A stretch of 64,000 nt of DNA from Eledone cirrhosa. Its lineage: Eukaryota. The stretch lies in contig OZ024740.1 in the NCBI GenBank assembly GCA_964016885.1, positions 288,734,001 to 288,798,000 on the forward strand. Reading direction: 5' to 3'. The position numbers and the translations under genes were made by a program. The notes beneath the pieces are model-generated. The model was not told the origin of the DNA and did not search any database. It saw only the letters and a list, made by a program, of their open reading frames with translations. Below are positions 48,330-62,800 of the stretch, piece after piece (within the stretch, counting starts at the first letter, position 1; each line of letters opens with the position of its first letter).

Positions 48330-49400
48330 CTTTCACCGCCTCTACCCAGGTCTTCCTTTGTCTACCTCTACTGCAGCTTCCTTCCACTAGGATTTCCTGG
48401 CACTTCTTCACCCAGCAATCATCAACCATGCGCATCACATGTCTGTACCAACAGTCATCTCTCTTGAACACCACTTCAGATTCCTCTTAAACCCAGTTTC
48501 TCCCTTAGTTCATCAAAGCTCATTTACATTGCACATCCAACAAAGCATGGTTGCTTCATTTCTCTGCAGTCACAGTCCATGTTTCACTACCATACAGCAT
48601 CGCACACAGGTGTCATATCGTTTTCCTTTTGTACGAAGGGAGAAACCTTTTGTTGTCAAAGTGGGAGTAGCTCTTTAAACATCTTCTATCCTATCATTAT
48701 TTTAGCTATTATGTCCTCCGAGCACCATCCTCTGCTATTAATTAAGTCACCTAGATAGCAGAAGCTATCAACCACTTCTAAAGATCCTTCATATGATTGG
48801 CAATAGTTTGTATCACTGACACTTTTCCCTCCAATTACCTCTGTGTGTCTTTTACATACAAAGTCTTCTCTTCCTGTTAGTCCATCTGATATCCCAATAT
48901 ATCTCTTGTGTATCCAAGTTTTACATTGTGTACATTGTACAGCATATATGCCTACTCCTTTTCTATATATTGAGCAGGGCCACTTCCCTGAGGAAATCAG
49001 GGTCCTATCTTCCTTTCTACTTACTAGCACTTTAGTTTTGCCTAAGTTTACTCTCAGACCTTTTGATTACAAATTTTGTATTTTCATGGAGTCAATTATT
49101 AGAACCAGCCAATCTGCATAGAGAAGTTCCCATAAACTCCTCTGTTATGTGGGCTGAGAACTGAGCCCTGATGCACTGCAACCTGTACTTTGATTTTCTC
49201 AGTAAACTCAATTCCTACTCTCATTTTACTGATAGCTCCTCTGTATATGGCTTGTACTACTCTCACAAGCCATTCTTCTACACCTAATTTCCTTAAGGAC
49301 TACCAGATAAAGTATCAAGGTTCTCTGTCAGCCATCTATTCTAGATCAACAAAAGCTAAATATAGCAGCTTATATGTATATATCTTCATTAAGACATCTC
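48330..49400 (-). mobile_element. Second decayed RTE-clade LINE ORF2 fragment, with a Cys-rich PHD-like segment
   Basis: VHQGS and WELLYAD reverse-transcriptase motifs (~49113-49188), followed by GKWPCSIYRKGVG…CTQCKTWIHKR…FVC…LEVVDSFCYLGDLI. Confidence 0.75.
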
Positions 49401-49696
49401 TCTAGGAGGAGGTCACTCTGATATAAAACCTGCAACTTCATTTGCATTCAATGATGTAGATCAGTTGTTCTTTTTGGGTAAATGCATTTGATGTTCAGAA
49501 AGTGGGATTGGCTCTGTGCAAAGCCTTTCCTCACTCAAAAAAGCTTCAAGCACAGGCACTGCTTAATATGTGACATGTTTGCGATGCATGGCATTGCTGG
49601 CCATAGGCATGCCCCTAAAAAGCCACGTCCGTGATGCTCATGCTTAAGTATCAAGCGATGGCATTACTCAAAATTGAGTTGCAACCATCATATATA

Positions 49697-50021
49697 TCAT
49701 CATCATCATCATCATCATCATCATTTTACGTTCGCTTTTCCCTGCTTGCAAGGGTAGGATGGGAACTGATTCTGGCTTGATTTCTACAGCTGGATGCCCT
49801 TCCTAACACCAACCTCATTTACAGTGAGTGCTGGGTGCTTTTTTGCAGTGGAATGATAGGGACCCCAGTCCCTATCATCTCATTTCTACAGCTGAGTAAA
49901 CTGGAGTAATGTGAAATAAAGTGTCTTGCTCAAGTAAACAACACATCACCCGGTCTGAGAATTGAACTCTCAACCTTTCGATTGCAAGGCCAATGCTCTA
50001 ACCACTAAGCCATGTGCCTCC
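49697..50021 (-). mobile_element. tRNA-derived SINE, family A, antisense copy
   Basis: Reverse complement of 2595-2929 with a ~25-bp internal deletion between GCAAA direct repeats. Confidence 0.9.
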
Positions 50022-50181
50022 ATATATATATATATGTGTGTGTGTGTATATATATATATGTGTGTGTATGTATGTATGTATGTATGTGTATATATATATA
50101 TGTGTGTGTATGTGTATATATGTGTGTGTATGTGTATATATATGTGTGTATGTGTATATATATATATATATTTGTGTATAT

Positions 50182-50213
<32 letters not shown>

Positions 50214-50331
50214 GAGGGGGCTTCAAAGGGTTCGTGGAAAAAAAACAGTTGGAAAAAACGGTGCAATTTTAAACCATGTCAAAGCAGTTTTCTTTTACAC
50301 CTTCAACTGATGGAAAATGGGTACCTTTGAG

Positions 50332-50369
<38 letters not shown>

Positions 50370-50383
50370 CAAGTTTGGAAACA

Positions 50384-50415
<32 letters not shown>

Positions 50416-50422
50416 GTGTGTG

Positions 50423-50460
<38 letters not shown>

Positions 50461-51413
50461 TAGGTTAGATGAGTTGTCCTATTGTGGGACATACAGAACT
50501 GATTTGGGCTTGGTTTCTACAGCTGGTTGCCCTTCCGAACACCAGCCTCATTTACAGTGAGTTCTGGGTGCTTTTTTGTTGTGTCACCAACACAACTACT
50601 TTATATTATATATATATATATATATGAGTTCAAATCCCGCCGAGGTTAACTTTACCTTTCATCCTTACGGGGTCGATAAAATAAAGTACCAGTAATGCAC
50701 TGGGATAATTGCTGGCCTTGTGCCAAAAGTAGAAACAATTATAAATATATATATATATATATATATTTATATGTGTGTGTGTGTATATATATATTATATG
50801 AAAGCACATGCTGAGAGCATTGGGCTTGCAATTGGGAGGTTGTGAGATCAATCCTTGAACTGGTTGATGCATTTTGTCCTTGAGCAAGACACTTTATTTC
50901 ATCTTCCTTCAATTTACTCAGTTGTAGAAATGAATTGTGACATCACATGGGTCAAACTGTATCAGTCTTTGCCTTTTCCTTCGACAACATCAGTGGCATG
51001 TCTTCCACAAACAACCTTGCCCAACCTTGTGCCTTAGAGGGGAACTTTCATGGCTGAAATCCCATAATCATTCATGACCAAAGGGCTCTTTACCCTTTTT
51101 ATATATAAATAATATATATTTATGTATATGTATAATATATGTATTTACATATGTTTGTGTGTGTGTGTATGTGTGTATATATATCATCATCATCATTGTT
51201 TAATTTCAACTTCTCACGCTTGCAGGGGTTAGACGAGTTGTCTCATGTGAGATAATTTAGGTCAGGTGACCGTGTCTTGCTTATACAGAACTTTTTCTGT
51301 CTTGGTTTCTATGTCTGGATGCCCTTCATATCGTCAACCACATTTACAGTGTGGACTGGGTGCTTTTTGTTGTGATGTATATATGCATTGTGTGCATATA
51401 TTATATATATATA

Positions 51414-51483
<70 letters not shown>

Positions 51484-51503
51484 ATATATATTATATATAT
51501 ATA

Positions 51504-51541
<38 letters not shown>

Positions 51542-51542
51542 T

Positions 51543-51574
<32 letters not shown>

Positions 51575-51575
51575 A

Positions 51576-51615
<40 letters not shown>

Positions 51616-51680
51616 TTATATATATATATATACAAAAGAAATAGGATTTCGCTTCAAGCATATCGTTATACAATATGTAT

Positions 51681-51906
51681 AAATATTTTGTATCTCCAAA
51701 GAAATACGCTTTTAGGAAGCCGTAGCTATGCAAACAATGGGGGGGGGGGCTAACGCCCTCTGGTGATGTCCAGCAAGGGAGACAACCGTCTATGCATTTC
51801 AGGCTTAACTGGCCTTCGTCAGGACGGTTCCTCCCACCGCTTGCGACTGGTGTTTGCATAGCTACGGCTTCCTAAAACCGTATTTCTTTGGAGATACGAA
51901 ATATTT
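51681..51906. mobile_element. Penelope-like pLTR remnant: ~56-bp inverted repeats enclosing a hammerhead ribozyme
   Basis: AAATATTTTGTATCTCCAAAGAAATACG…GCTATGCAAACA (51681-51736) is the reverse complement of 51851-51906. Confidence 0.65.
51784..51829 (-). ncRNA. Intact minimal type I hammerhead ribozyme
   Basis: Minus strand reads AACCGTC-CTGACGA-AGGC-CAGTTAA-GCCT-GAAA-TGCA-TA-GACGGTT: 7-bp stem I, full core, 4-bp stem II, minimal stem III within the palindrome ATGCAT. Confidence 0.85.
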
Positions 51907-52461
51907 GTTCATCATCATCATCATTTAACGTCCACCTTCCACGCTTGCATGGGTTTGAACGGGAGTTTTCCCACTTGAGGCAAGATTGGTTGTCTTGCTC
52001 GTATAGGACTGTCTGGCGGGTTTTCTACGGCTGGATGCCCTTCCTAACACCAACCACATTTACAGTGTGGAATTGGGAGGTTTTTACCGTGTTACCTACA
52101 CGGCCACATTACAGCGTGGACTGTGTGTTTTTTTTTTCGTGACACCTACACGACCTCATATATATATATATATATATATATACACGTGCATTTGTGCATT
52201 TACAGAGAGAGAGAGAGAGAGAGACTGACAGAGAGAATAGTTGATAATATATATTTTCGATCAAATATTGGTAATGTGTCAGGTGGTGCTATTAAGTTAG
52301 ATATGGCCTGGGCCAATACTGGCCGAAACCTATCAAAGTTATATATATACATATTATATATATATCGTTTCTGAATTTGTTTAGCAAGATTCTTTATCTG
52401 AAAACGTGTGTTGAAACCAATATTGTTATACTTTGGGAGGGTCATGTTGCCAATAAGAAAC

Positions 52462-53169
52462 ACAGGCCTTCGTCACTGTCCCCCGACTTAGGCCCCTAAA
52501 GGCACTTGTGATCCTGGCCTTCAGATCGTCTTTTGTATTGCAGCTAGATCTGTTGGCGTCTCATTCCACTGTGCTCCACACAAAGAAGTCGCGGGGGTTG
52601 CAGTCAGGCAAGCTGGGAGGCCAGATGTCAGGTGAAGTGTGGTCGACGAAGTTCTCTGACAGCCAGGCTTGGGTCTTTCGGCTGGTATGGCAGGGCGCTG
52701 AGTCTTGCTGCCACACGTACGGCCTACCTGCAGCTACCTGGTCGATCCAGGGCTTTACTACCTCGCTCAGAACGCGGATGTAGCTATTGGTGTTCAGCTT
52801 GAGGCCCTCAGGGAAGAAGTAAGGTGGCATGATGTCACCCTGATTGCTGACGACACACAAGACCGATGTTGTAGCTGAAAACTTTGTTTGCATGACTCTG
52901 GGCACATCTTTGGATTAGACAGCGAGCCACCTGTTGTTCTGGGACTTGATCTTCTGGTCTTATTTGTCTTCCCGGCGCGGACTCCAAGAAGAACTCCGTG
53001 TCTCTTCCACAAATTTGGAGGTTCAAAATTATTCATAATCAATTATTCTGAAAATAAATAATGGAAATATACTCACTGTTTTTATGAAGACAAGAGTGAC
53101 AACGGAAGTAAAAAAAATTTGCATAAAATTAGCAGTTGAAAATTGCGAACAAATATCTTCTGCACCCTG
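52462..53169 (-). mobile_element. maT (DD37D) transposon derivative, second copy, missing one end
   Basis: ORF 52561-52905 has WQQDSAPCH…WPPSLPDCNPRDFFVW, with 37 residues between the two catalytic Asp. TIR ends at 53169. Colinear with 4611-5289. Confidence 0.9.
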
Positions 53170-53174
53170 TGTAT

Positions 53175-53213
<39 letters not shown>

Positions 53214-53862
53214 AATGACACAAGAAATGCCAAGATCAGTGAATGATAATGATAGATAGATTTAAGTTTAATATACAGTAGAATAGAAATAACTTCCTGT
53301 CCTCAGTTCAGATGAGACAGAATGTGATGGAGTAGAACATTTTCTGATGATTCTTCAGTCTGAATAGGCAAACTGAAGTTACTTCTGTCTGACTCCAATA
53401 CAGCACTTCTTTTCACATATTTGCGTTGCTACTGTAACTCTTCATCCTCCTTTACCATGTAACCTAACACTTTCTTAATCATAATCACACCATATGCAAA
53501 CTAATGATTTCTTTATACTCTCAACTTTGGTCCTATTCTGTATATCCAAGCTCTTACTTAACAAATGTAGTCAAGTTGTATTTTTGTTTTGTTTACAGTT
53601 ACACATTATACATATATACGGATGCATTTACATTGGCATATTTTACATGTTCATATATGTGTGTATGCTTACACACACACATGCATACACAGTATACATA
53701 AATGAAGTATGTACTAGATATTCATATCTTTTATTGTCCCTCAATTCCAGTGCCTTTTTCACTTCATCTCTGATTAGCTTATCTCTCTGGTCTCTTTTGG
53801 TTTGGATTTTGGCTGATCATTTTTCAGCTATTAGTAACTTTTCAGTAATTTTTGCTTTACAG

Positions 53863-56800
53863 TCACTTGGAAACGTTCGAATGCTATGAAAAAAAGAAAA
53901 CACAAAAAAAAATCACCCAGTGATGCCCAGATAAAACAAGATAATGTGAGAGTAAAATTCCCTAGAGTGGAGATTAAGGTTGAAGGGGAAGCTGTTGTTG
54001 ACTCCCCTACAAATGAAATTGATGTGGAAGAATATGATAAGATTTTGGAGGATGGTACCCTGTACCATATTAAACGAGTCCGAAGATATTCACAGTCTCG
54101 TATCCACACAAAAATTGTTTCAGAAGATGGCACAGAAAGAGAGGTTGAGGAGAATATTAATATACCTGGAACAGAGGATATTGATACGATCGAGACTTTT
54201 GAGCAGCTGCCTCACTCTGAAAGTGTGGTGGAAAGTGTCTCGGAAACACTTCCTACTGGGAAGGTGGTTAAGCGAAAGGTGAAAAATATTCGAATGGTGC
54301 ACAAGGTCAAGACAAAGCATGAACACATCACGCCAGACCACACTAGCAAACGGGAAGAATATGAAATCAATGAGGTTATTCCTGGTACAGAAAATTCTTT
54401 TTACCTAGATGTTGATTCTACTCCGGTGAGTGATACCGAAAATGAAGATCAGCATCCTGCTCAGAAACCTCATATATTTGTTGACAAGAATATGTATCGT
54501 GTAGATTTACCATTTGAGCTGGAACGCTTTCATCATGTTCATCAAGATAACCAGGAAAAACTTCAAGTTGATGGTGAAGAAAGCAAACACGTTGTTCATC
54601 AACCTGTGGATCAAAATGCACAGCAAACTGTTCATAGACATAGTGATCAAGAAGGCTGGGAGGCAGATTATCTACCAGCAGATCAAGACTCACCAGAACT
54701 TGTGGAAAAGCCAATTGAGCAAGACTGTGTAAAGTCAGTGAACCTTTCTGCTACAGAAGGTCATCACTATATTTCTAATGAAGATGACTTGCATAATTTA
54801 CAACCTCTTGCCGAGGATAACCAAAACATTGATAAACATATTCCTGAAAATAGCCAACAGATTGGATTATCTGAGAGATTAGATTTCAAATGTCCAAAAA
54901 TTTCTGTAATCAAAGACGGTCAGCATGACATCATGCCCACCAATCAAGAGAGTACAAAGGTTCGACTATCAACTGGTCAAGGTGTCTATAATGTGGATCT
55001 ACCTTTAGCTTTGGAGAGTCTGCACCGACGTGACAAGAAGAACGAGCAGAGTGGTCTAAATCAAATTCAAGAAACTGAGTGTATAAGCATCCAACAAGGT
55101 ATTGAAGTTTATGCTGCACAAAGTTTTGAGCTGCCTACTGTTCAAAATACACAAGGAAGTGTTGAGCTATGCAATGGCCAAGACCCACTCCAAGATGTCA
55201 CTCCATCAAATGACATCACTATTGGACAAGATCTCCCTGAAGCTATTGAACAGTCTCTGAGAGAATATCATGTAAAACCAGTTGATCTGCCAGCAAGTGA
55301 ATATCATTTAACTGATGAACAAGATGGTCAAGAAATTAAACTGCCTTTTTTTCAAGATGTTCCATGTGTACAGATATCCAATCAAGATACTAAATCTGCT
55401 TATATTCCCAGTGAGCAATACAGTGATCCCATTGCCACACCCACAGCTCAAGAGAGACAAGATAACAGACAGTCCATTGGTGAAGGTGTCTATCATGTGG
55501 ATGTCCCTGTAGCTTTAGAGAGCCTTCATCGAATTGACCGATCTAAGGGACAAAAAACACGTGGCCACATTCATGAGCCTTCTGATCAGGGTGTCAAAAA
55601 AACTGACCATGATCTCAGAAAAAGTGTTGAGCTACACAGTGGCCAAGACCCACTCCAAGATATCACTCTGTCACCTGATCAAGATCAACAATTGCCAGAA
55701 GTGACATTGACCCATGAAAATGTTCAAACTGTTCAAATGAGCCCTGGTCAACTTCCTGGTAATTTGTCAACAGATCAAGATATTCCATGTGTACCTCCAC
55801 CTACTGGTCAAAGTAGCAGAAATTCCTTGGGTAGAGGTGTCTATCATGTTGATCAACCTGTCAGTCTGGAAACTTTATACAATGTTAAGAAACCTTCTAT
55901 TGAAGCAAGTGAGCATCCTGTTGACCATTCAGCTGATGTCATTGAGAACGATGATGTCAACATTTCTTATGCTCCACATATTCCATATGGTCAAGATTCT
56001 AATATTGAATGGAAATCTGGTCAAGATATTCCAAAAGTAAAAATGGCCAAAGGTGAAGATAATTTTCAATATGGTAGTCTACCTACAAGTGAACAGCTAC
56101 AGAAGTCAAATGTAACCACACCTACTGGTCAATATGGTGTCTACCATGTTGACCTTCCTGTGGATCTGGAACAACTACATCGTGTTGCCCAGCCTTCTCG
56201 TCCAGATGTCTCTGGATATGTAGATAAAACTATTGGTCAACCTGACATCACTGCTGGTCAAGATCTCCCTGAAGCTATTGAACAGTCTCTAGGCGAATAT
56301 CATGTAAAACCAGTTGATCTCCCAGCAGGTGAAGATCATTTAACTGATGAACAAGATGGTCAAGAAATTAAACTGCCTTCTTTTCAAGATGTTCCATGTG
56401 TACAGATATCCAATCAAGATACTAAATCGGCTTATATTCCCAGTGAGCAATACAGTGATCCCATTGCCACACCCGCAGCTCAAGAGAGACAAGATAACAG
56501 ACAGTCCATTGGTGAAGGTGTCTATCATGTGGATGTCCCTGTAGCTTTAGAGAGCCTTCATCGAATTGACCGATCTAAGGGACAAAAACCACGTGGCCAC
56601 ATTGATCAGCCTTCTGATCAGGGTATCAAAAAAACTGACCATGATCTCAGAAAAAGTGTTGAGCTACATGGTGGCCAAGACCCTCTCCAAGATATCACTC
56701 TGTCACCTGATCAAGATCGACAATTGCCAGAAGTGACATTGACCCATGAAAATGTTCAAACTGTTCAAATGAGCCCTGGTCAACTTCCTGGTAATTTGTC

Positions 56801-59800
56801 AACAGATCAAGATATTCCATGTGTACCTCTACCTACTGGTCAAAGTAGCAGAAATTCCTTGGGTAGAGGTGTCTATCATGTTGATCAACCTGTCAGTCTG
56901 GAAACTTTATACAATGTTAAGAAACCTTCTATTGAAGCAAGTGAGCATCCTGTTGACCATTCAGCTGATGTCATTGAGAACGATGATGTCAACATTTCTT
57001 ATGCTCCACATATTCCATATGGTCAAGATTCTAATATTGAATGGAAATCTGGTCAAGATATTCCAAAAGTAAAAATGGCCAAAGGTGAAGATAATTTTCA
57101 ATATGGTAGTCTACCTACAAGTGAACAGCTACAGAAGTCAAATGTAACCACACCTACTGGTCAATATGGTGTCTACCATGTTGACCTTCCTGTGGATCTG
57201 GAACAACTACATCGTGTTGCCCAGCCTTCTCGTCCAGATGTCTCTGGATATGTAGATAAAACTATTGGTCAACCTGACATCACTGCTGGTCAAGATCTCC
57301 CTGAAGCTATTGAACAGTCTCTAGGCGAATATCATGTAAAACCAGTTGATCTCCCAGCAGGTGAAGATCATTTAACTGATGAACAAGATGGTCAAGAAAT
57401 TAAACTGCCTTCTTTTCAAGATGTTCCATGTGTACAGATATCCAATCAAGATACTAAATCTGCTTATATTCCCAGTGAGCAATACAGTGATCCCATTGCC
57501 ACACCCACAGCTCAAGAGAGACAAGATAACAGACAGTCCATTGGTGAAGGTGTCTATCATGTGGATGTCCCTGTAGCTTTAGAGAGCCTTCATCGAATTG
57601 ACCGATCTAAGGGACAAAAACCACGTGGCCCCATTGATCAGCCTTCTGATCAGGGTGTCAAAAAAACTGACCATGATCTCAGAAAAAGTGTTGAGCTACA
57701 CGGTGGCCAAGACCCTCTCCAAGATATCACTCTGTCACCTGATCAAGATCAACAATTGCCAGAAGTGACATTGACCCATGAAAATGTTCAAATTGTTCAA
57801 ATGAGCCCTGGTCAACTTCCTGGTAATTTGTCAACAGATCAAGATATTCCATGTGTACCTCCACCTACTGGTCAAAGTAGCAGAAATTCGTTGGGTAGAG
57901 GTGTCTATCATGTTGATCAACCTGTCAGTCTGGAAACTTTATACAATGTTAAGAAACCTTCTATTGAAGCAAGTGAGTATCCTTCTGACCATTCAGCTGA
58001 TGTCATTGAGAACGCTGATGTTAACATTTCTTATGCTCCACATATTCCATATGGTCAAGATTCTAATATTGAATGGAAATCTGGTCAAGATATTCCAAAA
58101 GTAAAAATGGCCAAAAGTGAAGATAATTTTCAATATGGTGATCTACCTACAAGTGAACAGCTACAGAAGTCAAATGTAACCACACCTACTGGTCAATATG
58201 GTGTCTACCATGTTGACCATCCTGTGGATCTGGAACAACTACATCGTGTTGCCCAGCCTTCTCATCCAGATGTCTCTGGATATGTAGATAAAACTATTGG
58301 TCAACCTGACATCACTGCTGGTCAAGATCTCCCTGAAGCTATTGAACAGTCTCTAGGAGAATATCATGTAAAACCAGTTGATCTCCCAGCAGGTGAAGAT
58401 CATTTAACTGATGAACAAGATGGTCAAGAAATTAGACTGCCTTTTTTTCAAGATGTTCCATGTGTACAGATATCCAATCAAGATACTAAATCTGCTTATA
58501 TTCCCAGTGAGCAATACAGTGATACCATTGCCACACCCACAGCTCAAGAGAGACAAGATAACAGACAGTCCATTGGTGAAGGTGTCTATCATGTGGATGT
58601 CCCTATAGCTTTAGAGAGCCTTCATCGAATTGACCGATCTAAGGGACAAAAACCACGTAGCCATGTTCATCAGCCTTCTGATCAGGGTGTCAAAAATACT
58701 GACCATGATCTCAGAAAAAGTGTTGAGCTACACAGTGGCCAAGACCCTCTCCAAGATATCACTCTGTCACCTGATCAATATCAACAATTGCCAGAAGTGA
58801 TATTGACCCATGAAAATGTTCAAACTGTTCAAATGAGCCCTGGTCAACTTCCTGGTAATTTGTCAACAGATCAAGATATTCCATGTGTACCTCCACCTAC
58901 TGGTCAAAGTAGCAGAAATTCCTTGGGTAGAGGTGTCTATCATGTTGATCAACCTGTCAGTCTGGAAACTTTATACAATGTTAAGAAACCTTCTATTGAA
59001 GCAAGTGAGTATCCTGTTGACCATTCAGCTGATGTCAACATTTCTTATGCTCCACATATTCCATATGGTCAAGATTCTAATATTGAATGGAAATCTGGTC
59101 AAGATATTCCAAAAGTAAAAATGGCCAAAAGTGAAGATAATTTTCAATATGGTGATCTACCTACAAGTGAACAGCTACAGAAGTCAAATGTAACCACACC
59201 TACTGGTCAATATGGTGTCTACCATGTTGACCTTCCTGTGGATCTGGAACAACTACATTGTGTTGCCCAGCCTTCTCGTCCAGATGTCTCTGGATATGTA
59301 GATAAAACTATTGGTCAACCTGACATCACTGCTGGTCAAGATCTCCCTGAAGCTATTGAACAGTCTCAAGGAGAATATCATGTAAAACCAGTTGATCTCT
59401 CAGCAGGTGAAGATCATTTAACTGATGAACAAGATGGTCAAGAAATTAAACTGCCTTCTTTTCAAGATGTTCCATGTGTACAGATATCCAATCAAGATAC
59501 TAAATCTGCTTATATTCCCAGTGAGCAATACAGTGATCCCATTGCCACACCCACAGCTCAAGAGAGACAAGATAACAGACAGTCCATTGGTGAAGGTGTC
59601 TATCATGTGGATGTCCCTATAGCTTTAGAGAGCCTTCATCGAATTGACCGATCTAAGGGACAAAAACCACGTAGCCATGTTCATCAGCCTTCTGATCAGG
59701 GTGTCAAAAATACTGACCATGATCTCAGAAAAAGTGTTGAGCTACACAGTGGCCAAGACCCTCTCCAAGATATCACTCTGTCACCTGATCAATATCAACA

Positions 59801-62800
59801 ATTGCCAGAAGTGATATTGACCCATGAAAATGTTCAAACTGTTCAAATGAGCCCTGGTCAACTTCCTGGTAATTTGTCAACAGATCAAGATATTCCATGT
59901 GTACCTCCACCTACTGGTCAAAGTAGCAGAAATTCCTTGGGTAGAGGTGTCTATCATGTTGATCAACCTGTCAGTCTGGAAACTTTATACAATGTTAAGA
60001 AACCTTCTATTGAAGCAAGTGAGTATCCTGTTGACCATTCAGCTGATGTCATTGAGAACGCTGATGTCAACATTTCTTATGCTCCACATATTCCATATGG
60101 TCAAGATTCTAATATTGAATGGAAATCTGGTCAAGATATTCCAAAAGTAAAAATGGCCAAAAGTGAAGATAATTTTCAATATGGTGATCTACCTACAAGT
60201 GAACAGCTACAGAAGTCAAATGTAACCACACCTACTGGTCAATATGGTGTCTACCATGTTGACCTTCCTGTGGATCTGGAACAACTACATTGTGTTGCCC
60301 AGCCTTCTCGTCCAGATGTCTCTGGATATGTAGATAAAACTATTGGTCAACCTGACATCACTGCTGGTCAAGATCTCCCTGAAGCTATTGAACAATCTCA
60401 AGGAGAATATCATGTAAAACCAGTTGATCTCCCAGCAGGTGAAGATCATTTAACTGATGAACAAGATGGTCAAGAAATTAAACTGCCTTCTTTTCAAGAT
60501 GTTCCATGTGTACAGATATCCAATCAAGATACTAAATCTGCTTATATTCCCAGTGAGCAATACAGTGATCCCATTGCCACACCCACAGCTCAAGAGAGAC
60601 AAGATAACAGACAGTCCATTGGTGAAGGTGTCTATCATGTGGATGTCCCTATAGCTTTAGAGAGCCTTCATCGAATTGACCGATCTAAGGGACAAAAACC
60701 ACGTAGCCATGTTCATCAGCCTTCTGATCAGGGTGTCAAAAATACTGACCATGATCTCAGAAAAAGTGTTGAGCTACACAGTGGCCAAGACCCTCTCCAA
60801 GATATCACTCTGTCACCTGATCAATATCAACAATTGCCAGAAGTGATATTGACCCATGAAAATGTTCAAACTGTTCAAATGAGCCCTGGTCAACTTCCTG
60901 GTAATTTGTCAACAGATCAAGATATTCCATGTGTACCTCCACCTACTGGTCAAAGTAGCAGAAATTCCTTGGGTAGAGGTGTCTATCATGTTGATCAACC
61001 TGTCAGTCTGGAAACTTTATACAATGTTAAGAAACCTTCTATTGAAGCAAGTGAGTATCCTGTTGACCATTCAGCTGATGTCATTGAGAACGATGATGTC
61101 AACATTTCTTATGCTCCACATATTCCATATGGTCAAGATTCTAATATTGAATGGAAATCTGGTCAAGATATTCCAAAAGTAAAAATGGCCAAAAGTGAAG
61201 ATAATTTTCAATATGGTGATCTACCTACAAGTGAACAGCTACAGAAGTCAAATGTAACCACACCTACTGGTCAATATGGTGTCTACCATGTTGACCATCC
61301 TGTGGATCTGGAACAACTACATCGTGTTGCCCAGCCTTCTCATCCAGATGTCTCTGGATATGTAGATAAAACTATTGGTCAACCTGACATCACTGCTGGT
61401 CAAGATCTCCCTGAAGCTATTGAACAGTCTCTAGGAGAATATCATGTAAAACCAGTTGATCTCCCAGCAGGTGAAGATCATTTAACTGATGAACAAGATG
61501 GTCAAGAAATTAAACTGCCTTTTTTTCAAGATGTTCCATGTGTACAGATATCCAATCAAGATACTAAATCTGCTTATATTCCCAGTGAGCAATACAGTGA
61601 TCCCATTGCCACACCCACAGCTCAAGAGAGACAAGATAACAGACAGTCCATTGGTGAAGGTGTCTATCATGTGGATGTCCCTGTAGCTTTAGAGAGCCTT
61701 CATCGAATTGACCGATCTAAGGGACAAAAACCACGTGGCCACATTGATCAGCCTTCTGATCAGGGTATCAAAAAAACTGACCATGATCTCAGAAAAAGTG
61801 TTGAGCTACACGGTGGCCAAGACCCTCTCCAAGATATCACTCTGTCACCTGATCAAGATCGACAATTGCCAGAAGTGACATTGACCCATGAAAATGTTCA
61901 AACTGTTCAAATGAGCCCTGGTCAACTTCCTGGTAATTTGTCAACAGATCAAGATATTCCATGTGTACCTCTACCTACTGGTCAAAGTAGCAGAAATTCC
62001 TTGGGTAGAGGTGTCTATCATGTTGATCAACCTGTCAGTCTGGAAACTTTATACAATGTTAAGAAACCTTCTATTGAAGCAAGTGAGCATCCTGTTGACC
62101 ATTCAGCTGATGTCATTGAGAACGATGATGTCAACATTTCTTATGCTCCACATATTCCATATGGTCAAGATTCTAATATTGAATGGAAATCTGGTCAAGA
62201 TATTCCAAAAGTAAAAATGGCCAAAGGTGAAGATAATTTTCAATATGGTGATCTACCTACAAGTGAACAGCTACAGAAGTCAAATGTAACCACACCTACT
62301 GGTCAATATGGTGTCTACCATGTTGACCTTCCTGTGGATCTGGAACAACTACATCGTGTTGCCCAGCCTTCTCGTCCGGATGTCTCTGGATATGTTGATA
62401 AAACTATTGGTCAACCTGACATCACTGCTGGTCAAGATCTCCCTGAAGCTATTGAACAGTCTCTAGGAGAATATCATGTAAAACCAGTTTATCTCCCAGC
62501 AGGTGAAGATCATTTAACTGATGAACAAGATGGTCAAGAAATTAAACTGCCTTCTTTTCAAGATGTTCCATGTGTACAGATATCCAATCAAGATACTAAA
62601 TCTGCTTATATTCCCAGTGAGCAATACAGTGATCCCATTGCCACACCCACAGCTCAAGAGAGACAAGATAACAGACAGTCCATTGGTGAAGGTGTCTATC
62701 ATGTGGATGTCCCTATAGCTTTAGAGAGCCTTCATCGAATTGACCGATCTAAGGGACAAAAACCACGTGGCCACATTCATCAGCCTTCTGATCAGGGTGT

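Noticed and set aside
53300-53370. Possible extra exon (SDETECDGVEHF…)
   Set aside because: In-frame TAG with no convincing donor.
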